Positions 60,629 to 64,000 of a stretch of 64,000 nucleotides of DNA are shown here, piece after piece (position 1 is the stretch's first letter; each line of letters opens with the position of its first letter). The notes under the pieces are model-generated. The model did no database searches. It saw only the letters and a program-made list of their open reading frames with translations, and had not been told where the DNA came from. The position numbers and the translations under genes are program-made. The stretch is from Podarcis pityusensis (taxonomy: Eukaryota): the NCBI GenBank assembly GCA_964106645.2, contig OZ067043.1. The stretch is one strand, 5' to 3'.

Positions 60629-60843
60629 AGGGCCTTCTCGGCAGTGGCACCCGCCCTGTGGAACGCCCTCCCATCAGATGTCAAGGAAACTATCCGACTT
60701 TTAGAAGACATCTGAAGGCAGCCCTGTTTAGTGAAGTTTTTAATGTTTGAAGTTTTATTCTGTTTTTAAAGTTCTGTTGAAAACCGCCTAGAGTGGCTGG
60801 GGAAACCCAGCCAGATGGATGGGGTAGAAATAAATAATAATAA
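60629..60843 (+). mobile_element. L2-like LINE 3' end nested in an older SINE
   Basis: Homologous to 57455-57665; host ...cccacctcatagg | aggataaaa... Confidence 0.75.
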
Positions 60844-61778
60844 GGATAAAAGGGGGGGGCACAATGTATGTCACCCTCAGGTCTTTGGAGAAAGGATTAG
60901 AAAGAGAACAAGGACAGCGCAAGTACTTTTCCACAGAAACTTACACTTAAGGACTTTTTTTGTTATAAGTTAATATAAATTCCAGAATGAAAGCATACTT
61001 TTGCTGACACTTGACACTTCCAGACACCGATGACAGCACTTCAGCAATATTAATGGATTCCCAAGACGAAACCACCATAGTGCCAGGACACTGCTCCTAA
61101 TTCTGGAACTGAAAATCATAAAAGGCCTTTTTTTGGGAGCTACTCAGCAGCAACGTTAACAGAAAAGGTATCCACATGAAATGGTAATGTACAGGTTGCT
61201 CAAGAAGCATTGACTGAGTGGCTTTATTCCTGCATCATCATTTCCTAAGTTGCATCTCTCCCCCTACCCTACTTTCATCCAGGCAAAGCTGATAAAGTAA
61301 GCTACATCTGCTTTAGAAGACACAGGTTTCTGGTTCAGTAACAGGGTGGAGGTATACTCTGGGGTGGATGGATCTAAGAAACAGAAGCCAAATCTGCAAA
61401 GGCTCTGTCTGAAATTATGCCAGAATCTCACAGCAGCTGATACCTGGCACTTGGCCCAAATAGGGGAGAAAAACAAATCTGGGTGCCTGCTTTGTTTTTT
61501 AACCCGAGGCAAAGATGAAATGAATTAATTTTGAATGCTGCAGCGTCACTGAGAATGCAACAAAAAGTTAAATGAAATCAAACGCAAAGGAAATGAACAA
61601 TTACATCGAGAGCCCAATTAGACCTGTTCTTCAGGGTTTACTCATAGCCTTCTCCTACTTGCTTGGGCCTGCCGCCAAAACGCTCTCCCAAGTACCTGAA
61701 AGGTGTTTATAGTGCAGTAGTAAAGGCAAAATTAAGTGTGGAGAATGAAAAAAACAGGCCCCATCTTTGCTATATGTA

Positions 61779-61976
61779 TAGTCATACCTCATGTTACGTC
61801 CGCTTCAAGTTACGTTCTTTCAGATTACGTCCTGTGGTGGCCCGGAGGTACCGGAAAGGGTTACTTCCGGGTTTCGCCGCTTGTGCTTGCGCAGAAGCGC
61901 TGCTGCAGGTTGCGCTCTTTTCATGTTGCAAATGGGCCTCCGGAATGGATCCCGTTTGCAACCAGAGGTACCACTG
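61779..61976. mobile_element. Tc1/mariner MITE, family D
   Basis: TAGTCATACCTC...GAGGTACCACTG imperfect TIR, TA on both sides. Confidence 0.7.
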
Positions 61977-62107
61977 TACATTTAAAGCAGTATCATACCA
62001 CTCTGAACAGCCATGGCATCCCGCAAAGCATCCTGGGAAAGGTAGGAGTCGAGAGGAAAGCCCTGGAAAGCTACTATTCCCAATGGAAAGAGGGATTGAC
62101 TTGTTTA

Positions 62108-62887
62108 TGTTGTTGTTGTTTAGTTGTTTAGTCGTGTCCGACTCTTCATGACCCCATGGACCAGAGCACTCCAGGCACTTCTGTCTTCCACTGCCTCCCG
62201 CAGTTTGGTCAAACTCATGCTGGTAGCTTCAAGAACAATGTCCAACCATCTCGTCCTCTGTCGTCCCCTTCTCCTTGTGCCCTCCATCTTTCCCAACATC
62301 AGGGTCTTTTCCAGGGAGTCTTCTCTTCTCATGAGGTGGCCAAAGTACTGGAGCCTCAGCTTCAGGATCTGTCCTTTCAGTGAGCACTCAGGGCTGATTT
62401 CCTTAAGAATGGATAGGTTTGATCTTCTTGCAGTCCATGGGATTCTCAAGAGTCTCCTCCAGCACCATAATTCAAAAGCATCAATTCTTCGGCGATCAGC
62501 CTTCTTTATGGTCCAGCTCTTACTTCCATACATCACCACTGGGAAAACCATAGCTTTAACTATACGGACCTTTGTTGGCAAGGTGATGTCTCTGCTTTTT
62601 AAGATGCTGTCTAGGTTTGTCATTGCTTTTCTCCCAAGAAGCAGGCGTCTTTTAATTTCGTGGCTGCTGTCACCAAGTGCAGCGATCATGGAGCCCAAGA
62701 AGGTAAAATCTCTCACTGCCTCCATTTCTTCCCCTTCTATTTGCCAGGAGGTGATGGGCCTAGTGGCCATGATCTTAGTTTTTTTTGATGCTGAGCTTCA
62801 GCCCATATTTTGCGCTCTCCTCTTTCACCCTCATTAAAAGGTTCTTTAATTCCTCCTTGCTTTCTGCCATCAAGGTTGTGTCATCTA
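62108..62887 (-). mobile_element. BovB (RTE) LINE 3' fragment with 216-aa RT C-terminal ORF
   Basis: DDTTLMAESKEELKNLL, frameshift at the poly-T near 62780, then EIKRRLLLGRKAM...IDAFELWCWRRLL...; (CAA)n tail. Confidence 0.92.
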
Positions 62888-63115
62888 CCACTCTGTCAGC
62901 TACCACTTGTAGCTCTGAGAAGGGAACATGATCTGGGTAGGGGAATGGAGGCATCACCATCCAAGGATGCTCTGGAGCTCTGTCTGTTGGTGGAGAGACT
63001 GGGTAGCTTGATAATGAGTGTGTGCTGCCTCTAACGTGTCTGGACCAGATACAGAGCAAGAAGCTGGCTCATGCTTGATGGGGCCCTTAATGGGGAACCT
63101 GTGGCCTTCCAGTTG

Positions 63116-63410
63116 TTAAGAACCTAGGAAGAGCCTGCTGGATCCGGGCAATGGCCTACCTAGTCCAGCATCAGGTTCTCACAGTGGCCACCCAGATGCC
63201 CTACCTGCATAGGACCGGAGCACAAGAGCACTGCCCTCCTGTGGCTCCCAGCAACTGGTATTCAGAAGTGAGGCAGAGCCTCACTGTCATGGCCAGTAGC
63301 CATTGACAGCCGTATCCTTCATGAGTTTGCCCAATCCTCTTTAAAGCCATCGAAGTTGGTGGACATCACTGCCCCCAGTGAAAGCAAGCTCCGTAGTTCA
63401 ACTATGCTTG
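63116..63410 (-). mobile_element. CR1 LINE 3' fragment
   Basis: Degenerate ORF2 C-terminus (VMSTNFDGFK) plus 3' UTR ending ...ggctcttcctaggttctta. Confidence 0.65.
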
Positions 63411-63559
63411 AAAGTACTTGCCGTTTGGACTCCAACTCCCATCAGCCCCAACCAGCACCGCCAAGAGCCAGGGGGGTGATGGGATTTTTTGTAGTCCTGC
63501 ACCGTCCTATGACAATAGTGCTGGAGACTCCATCTCCAACCCCTTTTGCCAGCCATAAT

Positions 63560-64000
63560 AAAAGATCTCTCTGGGTTGCAGGTGTGCCGAATCGCTACGC
63601 CTGACTTCGTAAAGCAACAACAAACTCCACCTGGGAGCACCTCCAGGAATATTCCTTCTGCGTAGCGAGTTCTTGGCACACACCATGGCTGGCTGGCGTA
63701 CAATTCCGCGGCTTGCGCACACCCACCCGTGGGAACACCCCTGTCGGGAAGGGCTCCCCCCCCCCACCACGTGCAGCAGGCCAGGTTGTGCTTTTCGCAG
63801 CGGAAAATGGGATTCTGCCGCAGGAGCAAGCGCCGGCTGCTGGCCGCTGCTTCTCACGATGCGTGGGCAGAACCAAACAAAACCCAACCAAACAAGCGCG
63901 CACGGGCTCAATCGGGGGTGGGGTGGATGTGGGACTCTCTCCCCGACGGGTTGCATCCAGCAGCCGTTTCCCCGAGGTGGCGGAGCAGCAACAGGGCGCT
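63560..64000. promoter_or_regulatory. Edge of a second CpG island
   Basis: GC and CpG content rise sharply to the window end; not a recognisable repeat. Confidence 0.55.

Noticed and set aside
62124-62837. 237-aa plus-strand ORF
   Set aside because: Antisense shadow of the BovB RT fragment
63398-63956. Overlapping 102-149 aa minus-strand ORFs at the right edge
   Set aside because: GC-rich composition artefact; no domain similarity or splice structure recognised

Overview
This is eukaryotic (vertebrate) genomic DNA. Sauria-type SINEs and BovB/RTE, L2 and CR1 LINE fragments point to a squamate reptile, probably a lacertid lizard (inference). Positions 280-35675 on the minus strand hold coding exons 1-27 of ARFGEF2 (BIG2, a brefeldin-A-inhibited Sec7-domain Arf GEF). 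All have GT-AG boundaries and together give a continuous frame of 3793 nt (1264 codons + 1 nt); the gene continues off the left edge. Its CpG-island promoter (about 35.25-36.05 kb) carries a perfect CLEAR/E-box palindrome, a YY1-type motif that doubles as a strong-context upstream ATG, GC boxes and a near-perfect TCTCGCGAGA motif. From 36 to 63.5 kb is repeat-rich intergenic DNA with TA-flanked Tc1/mariner (pogo/Tigger-like) MITEs, hAT MITEs, Sauria SINEs, LINE fragments (several nested) and a solo LTR. A second CpG-rich region starts at the right edge. The most unusual structure is at 50.0-50.7 kb: a MITE-filler-MITE composite whose filler is copied from the flanks of two other MITE copies (17.4 kb and 57.8 kb), resembling a templated repair scar. 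No prokaryotic system, CRISPR array or novel protein-coding gene is supported.
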